This document shows positions 46,390-56,683 of a stretch of 64,000 bases of DNA, piece by piece. The stretch lies in IMG/VR virus record IMGVR_UViG_3300033150_001293; one strand, given 5' to 3'. Numbering within the stretch: position 1 is the first letter of the stretch; every line of letters begins with the position of its first letter. The notes beneath the pieces were generated by a model. That model did not search any database. It saw only the letters and a program-made list of their open reading frames with translations, and was not told the origin of the DNA. The position numbers and the translations under genes were made by a program. Source of the stretch: an uncultured virus (IMG/VR IMGVR_UViG_3300033150_001293). Lineage: Duplodnaviria > Heunggongvirae > Uroviricota > Caudoviricetes.

Positions 46390-47103
46390 TTATCGCTTCC
46401 GCGTCTCGCAACACACTTCTCGATTTTCAGCTAACTCCCGGCAGTCCTCCACGAACTCACCCTCGTGCCTGTACTGCATCCACTTTCGGTTGCCCCGCCT
46501 GGTGTACACCGCCGATACCACCCCAACGTGTCGCACCAGCGACGGGCTGTGATGCGCCCACCGCAGCCCCCGATCCTTGCACCAGCAGGCCACGTGGTAG
46601 TCCGTCTTTGTGCGACCGTCCGGCCTCGGGAACAGCTTCGCCAGATCCTCAGCCCTACCCCTCATTATAGCAATCGCTACCGCCCCGTACGCTTTGCGGG
46701 GCATCGACTTCTCCGGCAGGCAGAACCAGCCCCGCGACGGACCAAAGTTCTTTGCTATTTGTTCAGAGGTGTAGAGCGAGACCACCCCGGTGTCCGGCCA
46801 GGGCCACTGGGCCAGCTCCGCCTCCAACCACTCGCGGCAGCCACGGGCCACCAAGCAGTCGTCCTGGAATACGGCCACGGCGTCGCACGGCGATTCTAGG
46901 CACCCTCGCAGGGCGCGCTGGAACTGGGGCCACGGGCCGACGCTCCGCTCCGCGTAGTCCATCGGCCAGCGGCAGTCGGGCGTGCCCGGGTCCGCGTAGA
47001 CCACGCCGTCGGGCCAGCCGGCGGCGGCGATGCTCTCGATCGCATCGGCTAGATAGAATGTCCCTTTGCGAGGGGCCGCTGTCACGGCGGCGGACCAGTT
47101 CAC
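46390..47103 (-). CDS. GT-A-like glycosyltransferase
   Basis: TAAPRK..YL, VFQDD, PSLVRHVG. Confidence 0.65.
   Translation of the reverse strand: MNWSAAVTAAPRKGTFYLADAIESIAAAGWPDGVVYADPGTPDCRWPMDYAERSVGPWPQFQRALRGCLESPCDAVAVFQDDCLVARGCREWLEAELAQWPWPDTGVVSLYTSEQIAKNFGPSRGWFCLPEKSMPRKAYGAVAIAIMRGRAEDLAKLFPRPDGRTKTDYHVACWCKDRGLRWAHHSPSLVRHVGVVSAVYTRRGNRKWMQYRHEGEFVEDCRELAENREVCCETRKR
46405..46431 (-). repeat. 27-bp partial repeat at a gene junction
   Basis: GCTGAAAATCGAGAAGTGTGTTGCGAG on the minus strand. Confidence 0.9.
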
Positions 47104-47230
47104 GGCTCATCCCCCCGGGATTCCCGGCCTGTTTCGGGAAAATAGTAGATAGCCCCTTGATACACAACCGATATATGCGATAATAAGGGTGTCGTGAGAA
47201 TAGTCTCACCAACACGAAGGGAGCGAGACC

Positions 47231-47545
47231 ATGAAGAAGCACTGGCATCAAATAATTGTTGCGATTTTGCTTATCGGCATTGGCATCGGTTTCTGGATGT
47301 TCTGGTTGTCCGGAGATCAGCCATCTGGAAATCTTCCGACTCGCGTCATGCCGCGCGAATGGGCCTGGAACATCAAGGCACTACGGGATGAATTGAACCA
47401 TGCCGGACAAGCCTTGGATGCAGGGGACCAAACCGAAGTCGCCGCAGCGATAGCCAGAATGCGCAAACAGTGTACGACGATTGAGCGAAACGTCCAGACT
47501 GATAATGCGGCATGGGTGGCATGGACGGCGAAATTTAACTACTGA
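47231..47545 (+). CDS. membrane-anchored hypothetical protein
   Basis: N-terminal TM; own TTGATA/GATAAT-like promoter. Confidence 0.55.
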   Translation: MKKHWHQIIVAILLIGIGIGFWMFWLSGDQPSGNLPTRVMPREWAWNIKALRDELNHAGQALDAGDQTEVAAAIARMRKQCTTIERNVQTDNAAWVAWTAKFNY

Positions 47546-47783
47546 GATTTTCTGTCCAATTCCGTCCATATCTCGCACCAGTTCCCCCGGTCGCACAACC
47601 ACTCTGCGAACTTCCCGCCGCTGAGTCCGAGCCGGCGGCACCCGTCGCCCGACCATTCAGAACACCGCTGGCAGAGTCCGAGGTAGAGACCTGCCATCGC
47701 CCACTGCCTGGTCGCTAGTCCGTTCGATTCAAGCTCGTCAATCGCACGGGTGATCTCAGGACAAGCCATTTCGTTCCTTGCCG

Positions 47784-49175
47784 TTATGGTATTTTGCTCT
47801 GCATCCTGGCCTTCCTATGCCGTTTAATCTCTAGCCACGGTGTGCGATGTCTGTAGCCGCGGGGATACGGGATACCTGCAAGACAGTATACTACACCGGA
47901 TGCCCAAAGGGCGTACGAAAGGCTCAACTGGTCTCGTATTGGGCCGGAGCAGTATTCATTCCACCATATTTGGTTGAATAGCTCGCAACCAGGACGTCTT
48001 AGGATACATCCGCCCCAGGCCAAACACTTTGCGGCGTCAATTAGGTCGTCGTAACGTGTTATGTACTGGCGCACGATCTTCGGATCGTCCAGCCCCATGC
48101 GTACTACGGCGGCGGCCTCCTGGGCCACGGTTTTCCGTAGATTGTGCCGCAGTAAGAACAGTTGTGCCTCCGGCCTCGTTTCTACCATCGCCAAGGCGAG
48201 GCCCCGGGGATCGGTCAGTCTAACATTGGCGTCGACGTACAACGTGGTCGCGTCCGGAGGAAAGAACTCGTGAGCCAGGATTTTTGGCCGCCGGCTGGCT
48301 CTCCGCGGACTGCCGTTCGCCCATTCGATAGGGATTCTGTTCCATGGCTCAACTACATTGCCGTCCGTTATCGCCACGTAGGAGACGCCGTCCTGCCGGG
48401 GCTGCGCCTGCAGCTGGTCATAACCACCGATGCAAACCGTATAGACATGGAGCTCGGGAAGCCGAATCTCCGACATGCCTAGGTAGGGCAGGTAATACTC
48501 GTGATCAAGCCCGAGCCATGTCCGAAGCTGACTCAAGTCGCGGTCGTCGCTCATCGTCCAGTTCGGCGACACTCTGTGGGTGACGCCCGCTCGCCCCGGC
48601 ATCCCCTTCATGCTGACGGAAATTGCACGATCCCCGTTGCTGGAATTGCGGGACAGATACTTCGATCCTTCCCACTGCGACCACGCTTTCAGGTCCAATC
48701 GCCAGTCATTGCCGCTCGACAATTTTTGCATCAGAGGCAAGACGGACCGGCGAAGTCCAGACCGGCATAGACTGGCGTGTTCATGCTCGGTAAATACGCG
48801 AAACTGCTGGCTCCGGACAAAGTAGTATTTCGCACCGACCTCACCGACCAGTTCGGCCTCTTGCAACCACGACAGCATGGTCTCGATGTAGTTGGGGGCG
48901 TAGTAGTCGTCGTCCTCGATGATCAGGATGTTGTCGTACCTGACCTGCTTCCACGCCAGACGGAGATTCGCGCACATCGTATGCTTGGGATCGGCTTTGC
49001 GGGGCTCCCGCCGGATGTACTGCTGGCCGCGTCTCACCTTGACCGGCATCTGGCCGTCATCCACCACAATCCACTGGAGCGGCCCGCTATAGCTCTGCCG
49101 GCTCATCCAGAATTCACAGAGTCGAAAAGCTTCTGGCCGGTCGCCGGTTGCGGTGATCAACGTAACTCCGTCCAT
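47784..49175 (-). CDS. two-domain glycosyltransferase (GT2 plus DUF616-like)
   Basis: WIVVDDG, IEDDDYY; YTVCIGGYD, PKIL, YVDAN, RDQLSL. Confidence 0.8.
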   Translation of the reverse strand: MDGVTLITATGDRPEAFRLCEFWMSRQSYSGPLQWIVVDDGQMPVKVRRGQQYIRREPRKADPKHTMCANLRLAWKQVRYDNILIIEDDDYYAPNYIETMLSWLQEAELVGEVGAKYYFVRSQQFRVFTEHEHASLCRSGLRRSVLPLMQKLSSGNDWRLDLKAWSQWEGSKYLSRNSSNGDRAISVSMKGMPGRAGVTHRVSPNWTMSDDRDLSQLRTWLGLDHEYYLPYLGMSEIRLPELHVYTVCIGGYDQLQAQPRQDGVSYVAITDGNVVEPWNRIPIEWANGSPRRASRRPKILAHEFFPPDATTLYVDANVRLTDPRGLALAMVETRPEAQLFLLRHNLRKTVAQEAAAVVRMGLDDPKIVRQYITRYDDLIDAAKCLAWGGCILRRPGCELFNQIWWNEYCSGPIRDQLSLSYALWASGVVYCLAGIPYPRGYRHRTPWLEIKRHRKARMQSKIP

Positions 49176-50599
49176 CAAAGCCCCCGCTCCTCTTTCCACC
49201 GCCGCCACTGAGGCAGAACGGCTCTCTCCCAATACTGCGAGTCGTACATGCTCTTCGTGTCGTCGATTAGCAGACACCTCGTCTCCTGCTTCGTAAACAA
49301 CCGCGCCGGCCAGCTCTCGCAGCCCCAGCGGGGGTTGTCCACACTCTGCCAATCCCGCGAATACACGTAGCAGTTGCGGAACCAATAAAACGACCCGCTG
49401 TAGGTTGGCTTGCCTACTGGCGGTCGCTTGCGAAATTGATCGAACTTCCGGCACGCGCCAGTCATCGCGGCTTCTTCGAGGTCTTTTCGCACCTGATCCC
49501 AATCGGCTAGGTTGGCTGTGTATAGTAACTTCGTCCATTCCCGAAGATGATCCCGAAGGTCGCGCTCGAACCGGCTTGTACCCTTTGCATGGGCACGGAA
49601 GGTGGCCACGTTAGGATCGTCCGTCTGCACCTGCGCGAGAAGGGGTAAAAATGAAACCATCTCGCCGGCCTTCTTGTTATTTCGGAAGACCATGAATTCC
49701 AACACGGCTCCGCCGAAGGCATCCTTCACCTTGTCGGCTTCGACAGTCGATTCGTCCACAGCAATCGCGACAATGCGGCGCCCGTTGAATAGGGGCAGGT
49801 ATGGTAGCAGCAAATCGACGTTCCACTTCCAGATGTCGTTTCGCTTCGGATAGATGTGATAAAGCAGGTGACGGATCGGCTCCGCTGCTAGGGGCAGCTT
49901 TTCGACATAGGGGTGAGTTCCCTTGATCCACGCTGCCGGCTTGATCAAGGTTGACTCAAGCAGGTTGCTCACGTCCTCGGCACGATGGGTAGACGCCCGG
50001 CTGGAGATCCTGGTGGCAGGTCGCTCCTCAGCCAACTTGATCGCCTCATTGACTTTGTGCTGAATTGCCATCCGGAGAGCGGTTTCCTCAAAGTGGGCGA
50101 TCGACAAGAATCGGTGCATGATAGGCTTGTCAGACGCAAGCCACTTCTTCGCTCTCGGCAGGATGTCGTTTACGATGCTCTTCATGCGATGGCGGCAACC
50201 GACTTTCCCCCACCGGTCCATTTTCCCGGCCATCTCAACACATGCAGGACAGTGGGGGATGCCGGCCTTGTCCATTAACTCCATTAACTTGCTACCAGGA
50301 CCATAGCCATTTGGCTTGAATATCCTGGATTTCCTTTGTCCGCCGCAGCTACGACAACCGCCGCTTGTCCGCCGAGCGACAGACTGCCCGGGGCGAATTA
50401 CGCGGATCGAGGGTGGCTGCCTACGCCGCATCCTTACTTTCGCGGACACAGGAGATACGCCGTCGATTTCGCGCAAAGGCCCGAGCCCCCACCGCTCGCG
50501 GTAGGCGTTGATCTTGCTGAGAGGCAGGTCGGCCTTCCCCTCGCAGATTGCACGTATACGGCTATTGGCCGGCAATTCAGCACAAGAGTGTAATCGCAT
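49175..50599 (-). CDS. Cys-rich N-domain fused to a GT-like domain
   Basis: CPAC...MDRWG..GC; AHAKG, YSGSFYW, CESW. Confidence 0.55.
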   Translation of the reverse strand: MRLHSCAELPANSRIRAICEGKADLPLSKINAYRERWGLGPLREIDGVSPVSAKVRMRRRQPPSIRVIRPGQSVARRTSGGCRSCGGQRKSRIFKPNGYGPGSKLMELMDKAGIPHCPACVEMAGKMDRWGKVGCRHRMKSIVNDILPRAKKWLASDKPIMHRFLSIAHFEETALRMAIQHKVNEAIKLAEERPATRISSRASTHRAEDVSNLLESTLIKPAAWIKGTHPYVEKLPLAAEPIRHLLYHIYPKRNDIWKWNVDLLLPYLPLFNGRRIVAIAVDESTVEADKVKDAFGGAVLEFMVFRNNKKAGEMVSFLPLLAQVQTDDPNVATFRAHAKGTSRFERDLRDHLREWTKLLYTANLADWDQVRKDLEEAAMTGACRKFDQFRKRPPVGKPTYSGSFYWFRNCYVYSRDWQSVDNPRWGCESWPARLFTKQETRCLLIDDTKSMYDSQYWERAVLPQWRRWKEERGL

Positions 50600-52554
50600 T
50601 ATTCCGTAGCCGTAATTTGGTATCGCTGTGTCTGTTCTGGGCATCCCCATCCACAATCGACAATCCCAGTCACGATCACCCCGGTATCTGCGTAGTATGG
50701 GTCACAAGTTTCAGTCTCCCACATGACGGTCAGGGTCGTAGTCCATCCACCACCCCCGGTGCTCTGATAAACCGTAATTCCTCCACGTTTAATTTCTACT
50801 TGGGTAACGACAAACCTAGGACCGGATATCGGGTCATCGCACATCCTTGAATCAAATCCGATGTATCCACATTCAGGCTCGGGTGCTTCGACCCAAGACC
50901 AGCTCTCCCAGTAGTATGCCTCGATCTCTACGTCACATTCACCTTCGATGCCCGGCTCGTCCTCATAGGGATCATTCCATGCGTGCAAGCGGACTGTCAC
51001 GGAAGCCGGATGCCCTCCACACTCTGCGTTGCACGGCGTGGCGTCGAGGCAAGGCCCGACGACGCAATCGGCGATCAGGCTAGAGGCAAACACCCAGATG
51101 TAGCTGTCTTCATCATGCTTCTCGAAGGTGGCGGTGATTATGTCATTGGCAGGCTGGAACCTTCTCTCTGTCATCTCATCGCCACAACTCCACGGCACGG
51201 CGTCTACCTCTACCCCGTCGATTTCAAGGATCAGGGCACATTCTCCGTCGCTGTCGCTGCCGAGAAGGATTCGCACCTCTTTGCCGTATCCATAGTCGTC
51301 TTCGTATTCGGCGGCACTCTCCCAGGCCCGCGCGTCGCGGTCCCAATCAAGTATCCTGCGTGGAACAAACTCCCCGTCGATGAAGGTCATCACACACAAC
51401 TGCGTCGGCACGCACCGGCACGTGCCGCAGAAGAACGTCCAGCAGCTACAGAACCCGCAACGGACGGTGAACGCAACGGTTTCGTCCTTGTCGTTCTCCA
51501 TCCAGAACAGCTCGTTGAGTCGGCAGCTGCAGCCCCGGTCCATGTCGATCACAACCGACGGCAGTCCCTCCTCCATGTTGTCGGGCCTGATTATGCACTG
51601 GCCTGCGTCATTCTCCTCCAGTAGCAGGTACTCTACGATCTCCGTGTCCGGATTGGTCCTCCGCCAACCTCTCGTCCCGCTCTGCTCATCCTCGAACCAA
51701 GAAAACTCCACACGCTCGTGAGCGCCGCCATAGAATCGGTGGCCATGCACGCAGACTCGGGAACACACCTGCTCGCAACTGTTCTCGTAGCCGTCGTAGC
51801 CGTCGCCGCACACCGGGTCGAGATCGATGAATTTAGTATCAGGATACCCTTCGTAGCCGAAGTCAAAAACGCTCTCGCGCTCTAGGTAGGGCAGTTGATC
51901 CTTGCCGAAATCGCCGAGCACGAGCGTGCCCATGCAGCCGGCAGGGCCCTCAACCGGGCCCGCTGAGATGTTCGGCACGCCGAGACACGTCGTCTCGTCG
52001 TCGTCGATCTCCACCACCTCCTCCATGTCAACGTACTCGCCATCGGTGATTTGTATGCGCCAGGCACAAACCGTGGAGTCCTCCTCGTACTCGCCGGAGC
52101 CGTATTCGTCGAGCAGCAGCCTGCCAAGCTCGACGCGGATCGTGTATCCATACAGCGAGCCCTCGTAGATAGACTTGATCTCATGCGTCTCTGCGTTGCC
52201 AGTAACATCCTGATGAAACAAAGGCACCGCCGACTCAACGCAGCAGAGATCGTCCGGATTATCGGGGACAAAGCGTGCGTAGATCGCCCGGGGCACGCAT
52301 CGGCAGCAATGGTCGAACTGAATGAGGATATCTCTTCTGGGGCTTATCCCGCCCCCGTCGCCCATAGTGTCCGGTCTTATGAAGTGGCAAGGGTTGCAGC
52401 AACAGCAGTTGTACGTGGAGCCGGTGAGAGAGCCGGGAGTCATAGGGTGATCGTGGTACGTTTTGCATCGCAACGTACCGCGACAGCGGTCGGGGCCTTC
52501 CGATTCCCGCTGAGGAAGTGAAACCCCCTCGAAAGGATCGTGCTCAAACACCAT
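50599..52554 (-). CDS. Cys/acidic-rich putative virion (tail tip) protein
   Basis: 651 aa, many Cys clusters (CCCC, CCRCVP, CRCVP); downstream of the tape measure gene. Confidence 0.55.
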   Translation of the reverse strand: MVFEHDPFEGVSLPQRESEGPDRCRGTLRCKTYHDHPMTPGSLTGSTYNCCCCNPCHFIRPDTMGDGGGISPRRDILIQFDHCCRCVPRAIYARFVPDNPDDLCCVESAVPLFHQDVTGNAETHEIKSIYEGSLYGYTIRVELGRLLLDEYGSGEYEEDSTVCAWRIQITDGEYVDMEEVVEIDDDETTCLGVPNISAGPVEGPAGCMGTLVLGDFGKDQLPYLERESVFDFGYEGYPDTKFIDLDPVCGDGYDGYENSCEQVCSRVCVHGHRFYGGAHERVEFSWFEDEQSGTRGWRRTNPDTEIVEYLLLEENDAGQCIIRPDNMEEGLPSVVIDMDRGCSCRLNELFWMENDKDETVAFTVRCGFCSCWTFFCGTCRCVPTQLCVMTFIDGEFVPRRILDWDRDARAWESAAEYEDDYGYGKEVRILLGSDSDGECALILEIDGVEVDAVPWSCGDEMTERRFQPANDIITATFEKHDEDSYIWVFASSLIADCVVGPCLDATPCNAECGGHPASVTVRLHAWNDPYEDEPGIEGECDVEIEAYYWESWSWVEAPEPECGYIGFDSRMCDDPISGPRFVVTQVEIKRGGITVYQSTGGGGWTTTLTVMWETETCDPYYADTGVIVTGIVDCGWGCPEQTQRYQITATE

Positions 52555-53257
52555 ATACGTCCTCGATGCAGCACAAGGACTGGACCACCCAGAGGCACTC
52601 CCCCTCCTCTTTGAGCGCGTCGTAGCAGTCTACGATCCCCTCTAGGTCGTTCTCCACCTGCACGGCCGTGCCGTGCGCCCCTAAGAGCATTTCAACCGGG
52701 ATGTTGAAATGGCACCGGCTCGGATCCCAGACGCTCACCTCGTCGCCGACGTTAACGCCCGCCCCGCCACACGACACGTCCAGGACCTCAGCCCTCACGC
52801 TGTCACACTCGACCGCCATCTCGCCGAGGAATGGCCCGGCAGCAAGGATCTCAAACCGGATGACGCGGGCCCCGGCCGTGCCGCCGACCAGCTCCCACTC
52901 GCCGCGATCCGGCATGAACACGGCGTAGCACTTGTCGCCCTCCGCCGCCGTCAGGCCGGTCGCGTCATGTACCTCCACCAACGTCCCGGCATCCTGCTTG
53001 CAGCCATCGCCGGCCCATTCCAGAAGGTTCGCGGTAGCTGATTCGCCTACTGCGAGGTCTTCCGTGAACTGGACGCGGCGGAACAGCATCCGGGAGACAA
53101 GGCGGGCCAGTTGCCCCAGCGGCCCGGAGAAGCCGGACGGCGAAAAGCTGCTGGAGCCCTCCGCCGCGGCCCGAATGAGCTGGTTGACCGTCTGGGCCTG
53201 GAGACGCTGCCCCTTGTCGTACTTCGCCGGCTCGAAGTGCTCCCGCTTGAACGGCAT
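52544..53257 (-). CDS. putative tail protein
   Basis: position in the tail operon. Confidence 0.5.
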   Translation of the reverse strand: MPFKREHFEPAKYDKGQRLQAQTVNQLIRAAAEGSSSFSPSGFSGPLGQLARLVSRMLFRRVQFTEDLAVGESATANLLEWAGDGCKQDAGTLVEVHDATGLTAAEGDKCYAVFMPDRGEWELVGGTAGARVIRFEILAAGPFLGEMAVECDSVRAEVLDVSCGGAGVNVGDEVSVWDPSRCHFNIPVEMLLGAHGTAVQVENDLEGIVDCYDALKEEGECLWVVQSLCCIEDVYGV

Positions 53258-53258
53258 G

Positions 53259-54182
53259 TCACGGCCCCTCGACGAACAGCTTTGCGAAGTCGAACGTGTC
53301 GTAAACGCCCTCATACGGGTCGATAGGCTCGCCGCTAGTCGTACCCTTCCGGGCGATCTTGCACCAGCCGGCGTCCCGGCTGTTCTCCGGCGTGTCCTCG
53401 TCGACGATGGCCTTGCGGTAGAAGTGGTTCCACGTAACGTCCACGTCCTGCGGCGGGACCTGGGTGTCCTTGCCCCGCAGATACCGCTCGGCGAACGTGT
53501 AAGTCAGGCTATACTGCTTTGTGCCGTTCAGGTCGAACACTCGCTCGTCGCTGACGCCGATAAACAGGCACGTCTCCGCCTTGAGACCGAACTGGTCCGT
53601 CTCGTTCACCTTGCCAGCCGCGTCACGAATGTCATCCCACGGCGGATAGGTCACGCCCCGCCACGTGAACGTGTGCGTGATGACCGGCAGGAGTACTCCC
53701 GGGGACACGTCTCCGGCGAGATGTCGGGGGAGCGTCTCCGTGCTGTCCTCCCAGAGAAACCCCGCGTCCGGCAGCGTCATCATCTCCGCCGACATGGTCT
53801 TTCTGTGCGTCAAGTACGTCCCGCTCGGCGGCGTCGGGTCGTCCGGCGACACGTTGAAGATGAGCAGGTCGCCCCTGTACTTGACGTGTACCAGGATCAG
53901 CGGCGAGTAGTCGACGCCTGGATCGTGCGGCGGGTCGCCCTCGGGATGCGATCCCGCCCGCCCGATCGACACCCCGTACATCCACGTGTATCGCGGGTGC
54001 TGCGGGCGGGCCGAGTACGTGAAACCCCAGCCGGGCACGAAGACGGTCCCGAACATCTCCTGGGAAAGCGCCGTCAGGTCCTCGCCCGCAATTACCAGCC
54101 GCCGCGTGCACTCGCCCGTGCCCGCGTCGAGGTCGATGGACGGGCCGATCTCATCGAGTTCAGCTACGATCGTCACGCCCAT
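53259..54182 (-). CDS. putative distal tail protein
   Basis: immediately follows the tape measure gene; beta-rich. Confidence 0.55.
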   Translation of the reverse strand: MGVTIVAELDEIGPSIDLDAGTGECTRRLVIAGEDLTALSQEMFGTVFVPGWGFTYSARPQHPRYTWMYGVSIGRAGSHPEGDPPHDPGVDYSPLILVHVKYRGDLLIFNVSPDDPTPPSGTYLTHRKTMSAEMMTLPDAGFLWEDSTETLPRHLAGDVSPGVLLPVITHTFTWRGVTYPPWDDIRDAAGKVNETDQFGLKAETCLFIGVSDERVFDLNGTKQYSLTYTFAERYLRGKDTQVPPQDVDVTWNHFYRKAIVDEDTPENSRDAGWCKIARKGTTSGEPIDPYEGVYDTFDFAKLFVEGP

Positions 54183-54183
54183 G

Positions 54184-56679
54184 TCAGGCTAGCCCCCCAA
54201 GTCGTTCGATGGCTTTTCTCGTCTGCTTCTCTTCGGCCTCCAGCCGCTTCAGGATGGCGTTGCGCTCCTTGCCAAGCTCGTCCGCGTATAGCGACTGCTG
54301 AATCTGCCGCCACAGGTCCATGGCGCCGGTGAACCCGATGCCCTCCCGCGGCTTCATGGCCTCCTCGCGTCGTCTCTCTATGTCGGCAAGCCGGCCCTTT
54401 TGCGTCGCCAACGCGTCCCGCTTCAATGCCAACGCGTCCCGCTTCTGTTGCGACAACAGCGCTGCGCCAGGCCCGCCAGTAACGAGAAAACCCCCGCCCG
54501 GCAGGCGTTTCATGTCCAGCATGCCCTGCTTGAAGAAAGCGTCGGCAGCCTTCTCAGCGGCGATGACCCAGGGATTCACCAGTTGCTCCGGCTCGGCCTT
54601 TCCGGTGATCATCTCCTGATACTGCCGCATCCATGGCGTCATCACTGGCGGCCCCTTAGGTGGCAAGCCTTGCGCCGCAAGTTGGCGGCTCCGCTCTGCC
54701 ATGGCGGCAGCGGTGGCGCCCCCCTCGGCGATGAACGCCTGGCCCCTGATCTGAGCTATTTTTCTGTCTCGTTCTTCACGCAATTGCTCTAGTGCTGCCT
54801 TGGCACGTTCCACTTCCCGCTCGCGCTGGTCCAACAGCTTCTTAGCGCGTGTGATCTCAGGATGATACGGTCGTTCGCCCCCCCGATATTCTTCCACCGT
54901 CATTCCTGGCACAACGGGCATTTCCATCTCTTGCTTGAAACGCATAGCACCAGTCGGCCCCTTGCCACGCATTAGCCGCGTCTCCTCCTTGCGGGCAGCC
55001 TCACTTCGCAGCTGGATGTATTTGCCGCGTTGGGCTTCGCGTGCTTGGACCGCCTCGACAATCGCTTTTTCCTGTTCGGCGATAGCCGCCTCGTAAGCGC
55101 CGAGCGCCGGCTCCTCAACGTCCCCTGATTCGGCCTGCGCCTCCTTGCGGTCCTCTATGGCCTTTTTCAGCTTGCGCTCCAATTCGACGGCCTTCTCCCG
55201 AGCGACATTCATCGCGTCCTCGGCAGTCAACGCCTGCCTAGCTGCTGTCGCCGCCGCTACTTGCGCATCGGAAACCAAACCGACACTCTTGCCATATTCG
55301 GTGAGCACGTCCGAGAAACTACGGCCGGCTACCTTTGACTCGGCGAAGGCCACGCCGAGCACGCCCAGCGCCGTCGCAACGGCCATCAACGCCGCAACCA
55401 AAATAGCGGCCCATCCGCCGCCGACAACGGCTCCAATGCCAAGACCGAGCGTAGTTAATCCGGAAAACATTTTCATCACAACCGGGGCGATCACCGCAAC
55501 GGCAGCGATTCGCGCGGCGAGCTTAGCCCACTTAATCGCCCCGTCAATAGCCTCCGTGTTCCCCTTCGCCACCGCCGACGCGAGCTTCGTCAAGTGATCC
55601 GCGGTCTTGCGGATCTCGGGGATGAGCCTGTCCGCAAACGCGACAGCGACGCCCTCGACCGCCGACCACAGCAGCTTGAGCGACCCGATCAGCGTGTCCA
55701 ACTGGATATCCGCGATCCGCTTGGCCGTCCCCGCCGCGCCCTGGAGCCTCGACTCCATCTCCCGGATCGCGTCCCCTCCCTCCTCCAGCATGACGGTGAA
55801 CGCCGCAACCGCCCGCGTTCCCGCCAGCATGGCAGTTATGGCCTGCCGCTCCATCGGAGTGAACCGCTGCATCGCGGTCTTCACTTCGTCGACAATCGTC
55901 GCCAGGTGCTTCATCTTGCCGGAGCTGTCGCCAATCTCCACGCCGAGCAGGGCGAGAGCCTTCTTCACCTCGGACGGCTGGGCCGTGAGGCGGATCAGGA
56001 TATTCCGCAGCGCAGTTCCTGCCATCTGCCCCTGGACGCCCGCGTTCGACATGGCCATGATCGCGGCGGTGATCTCCTCGATCGCCTTCCCGCTCGATTT
56101 GGCCACCGGCCCGACATACTTGAACGCATCCCCCAGCATCAGCAGGTCGGTGTTGCTGGACGTGAACGCCTTCGTGAGCACGTCCATCGTGTGCTCAAGC
56201 TCCGTGGCCTCCAGCCCCATCCCGGCCATCACCTTGGCCGCGATATCCGCCGCCTGGGCCACGTCGATCTGTCCCGCCGCCGCCACGTTCAGTGTGGCCG
56301 GCATCGCCTGCATGATCTTCGTGGCGTCGAATCCGGCTAGGGCGAAATAGCTCATCGCCTCGGCCGACTGCCGGGCGGTGAACACCGTCGTGCGGCCCAG
56401 CGTCAGCGCCTGCGTCTTGAGCGCATCGAAGCTCTCGCCCGTCGCCCCCGTGAGGGCCTTGACCCTGGCCATGCCCTGCTCGAAGCCGCCCCCGATCTTG
56501 AGAGCCCCCGCCGTCGCGGCGCCGGCAAGCAGCAGGCCGAACTTCGCCTGCCGTGCCACCGCGTCCATCTTGTGGATCGACGCGGTGAGCTGCTGGTGGG
56601 CGGACGCCAGCCCCGCCCTGAAGCCGGCCATGCCGGTCAGGTAGATCGGGACGTAGCCCTCGCCGAACTTTAGTGCCAC
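54184..56679 (-). CDS. tail tape measure protein (TP901-like)
   Basis: FEQGMARVKALTGA, TTVFTARQSAEAM, LGDAFKYVGPVA, AGTALRN. Confidence 0.95.
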   Translation of the reverse strand: MALKFGEGYVPIYLTGMAGFRAGLASAHQQLTASIHKMDAVARQAKFGLLLAGAATAGALKIGGGFEQGMARVKALTGATGESFDALKTQALTLGRTTVFTARQSAEAMSYFALAGFDATKIMQAMPATLNVAAAGQIDVAQAADIAAKVMAGMGLEATELEHTMDVLTKAFTSSNTDLLMLGDAFKYVGPVAKSSGKAIEEITAAIMAMSNAGVQGQMAGTALRNILIRLTAQPSEVKKALALLGVEIGDSSGKMKHLATIVDEVKTAMQRFTPMERQAITAMLAGTRAVAAFTVMLEEGGDAIREMESRLQGAAGTAKRIADIQLDTLIGSLKLLWSAVEGVAVAFADRLIPEIRKTADHLTKLASAVAKGNTEAIDGAIKWAKLAARIAAVAVIAPVVMKMFSGLTTLGLGIGAVVGGGWAAILVAALMAVATALGVLGVAFAESKVAGRSFSDVLTEYGKSVGLVSDAQVAAATAARQALTAEDAMNVAREKAVELERKLKKAIEDRKEAQAESGDVEEPALGAYEAAIAEQEKAIVEAVQAREAQRGKYIQLRSEAARKEETRLMRGKGPTGAMRFKQEMEMPVVPGMTVEEYRGGERPYHPEITRAKKLLDQREREVERAKAALEQLREERDRKIAQIRGQAFIAEGGATAAAMAERSRQLAAQGLPPKGPPVMTPWMRQYQEMITGKAEPEQLVNPWVIAAEKAADAFFKQGMLDMKRLPGGGFLVTGGPGAALLSQQKRDALALKRDALATQKGRLADIERRREEAMKPREGIGFTGAMDLWRQIQQSLYADELGKERNAILKRLEAEEKQTRKAIERLGGLA

Positions 56680-56683
56680 CGGC

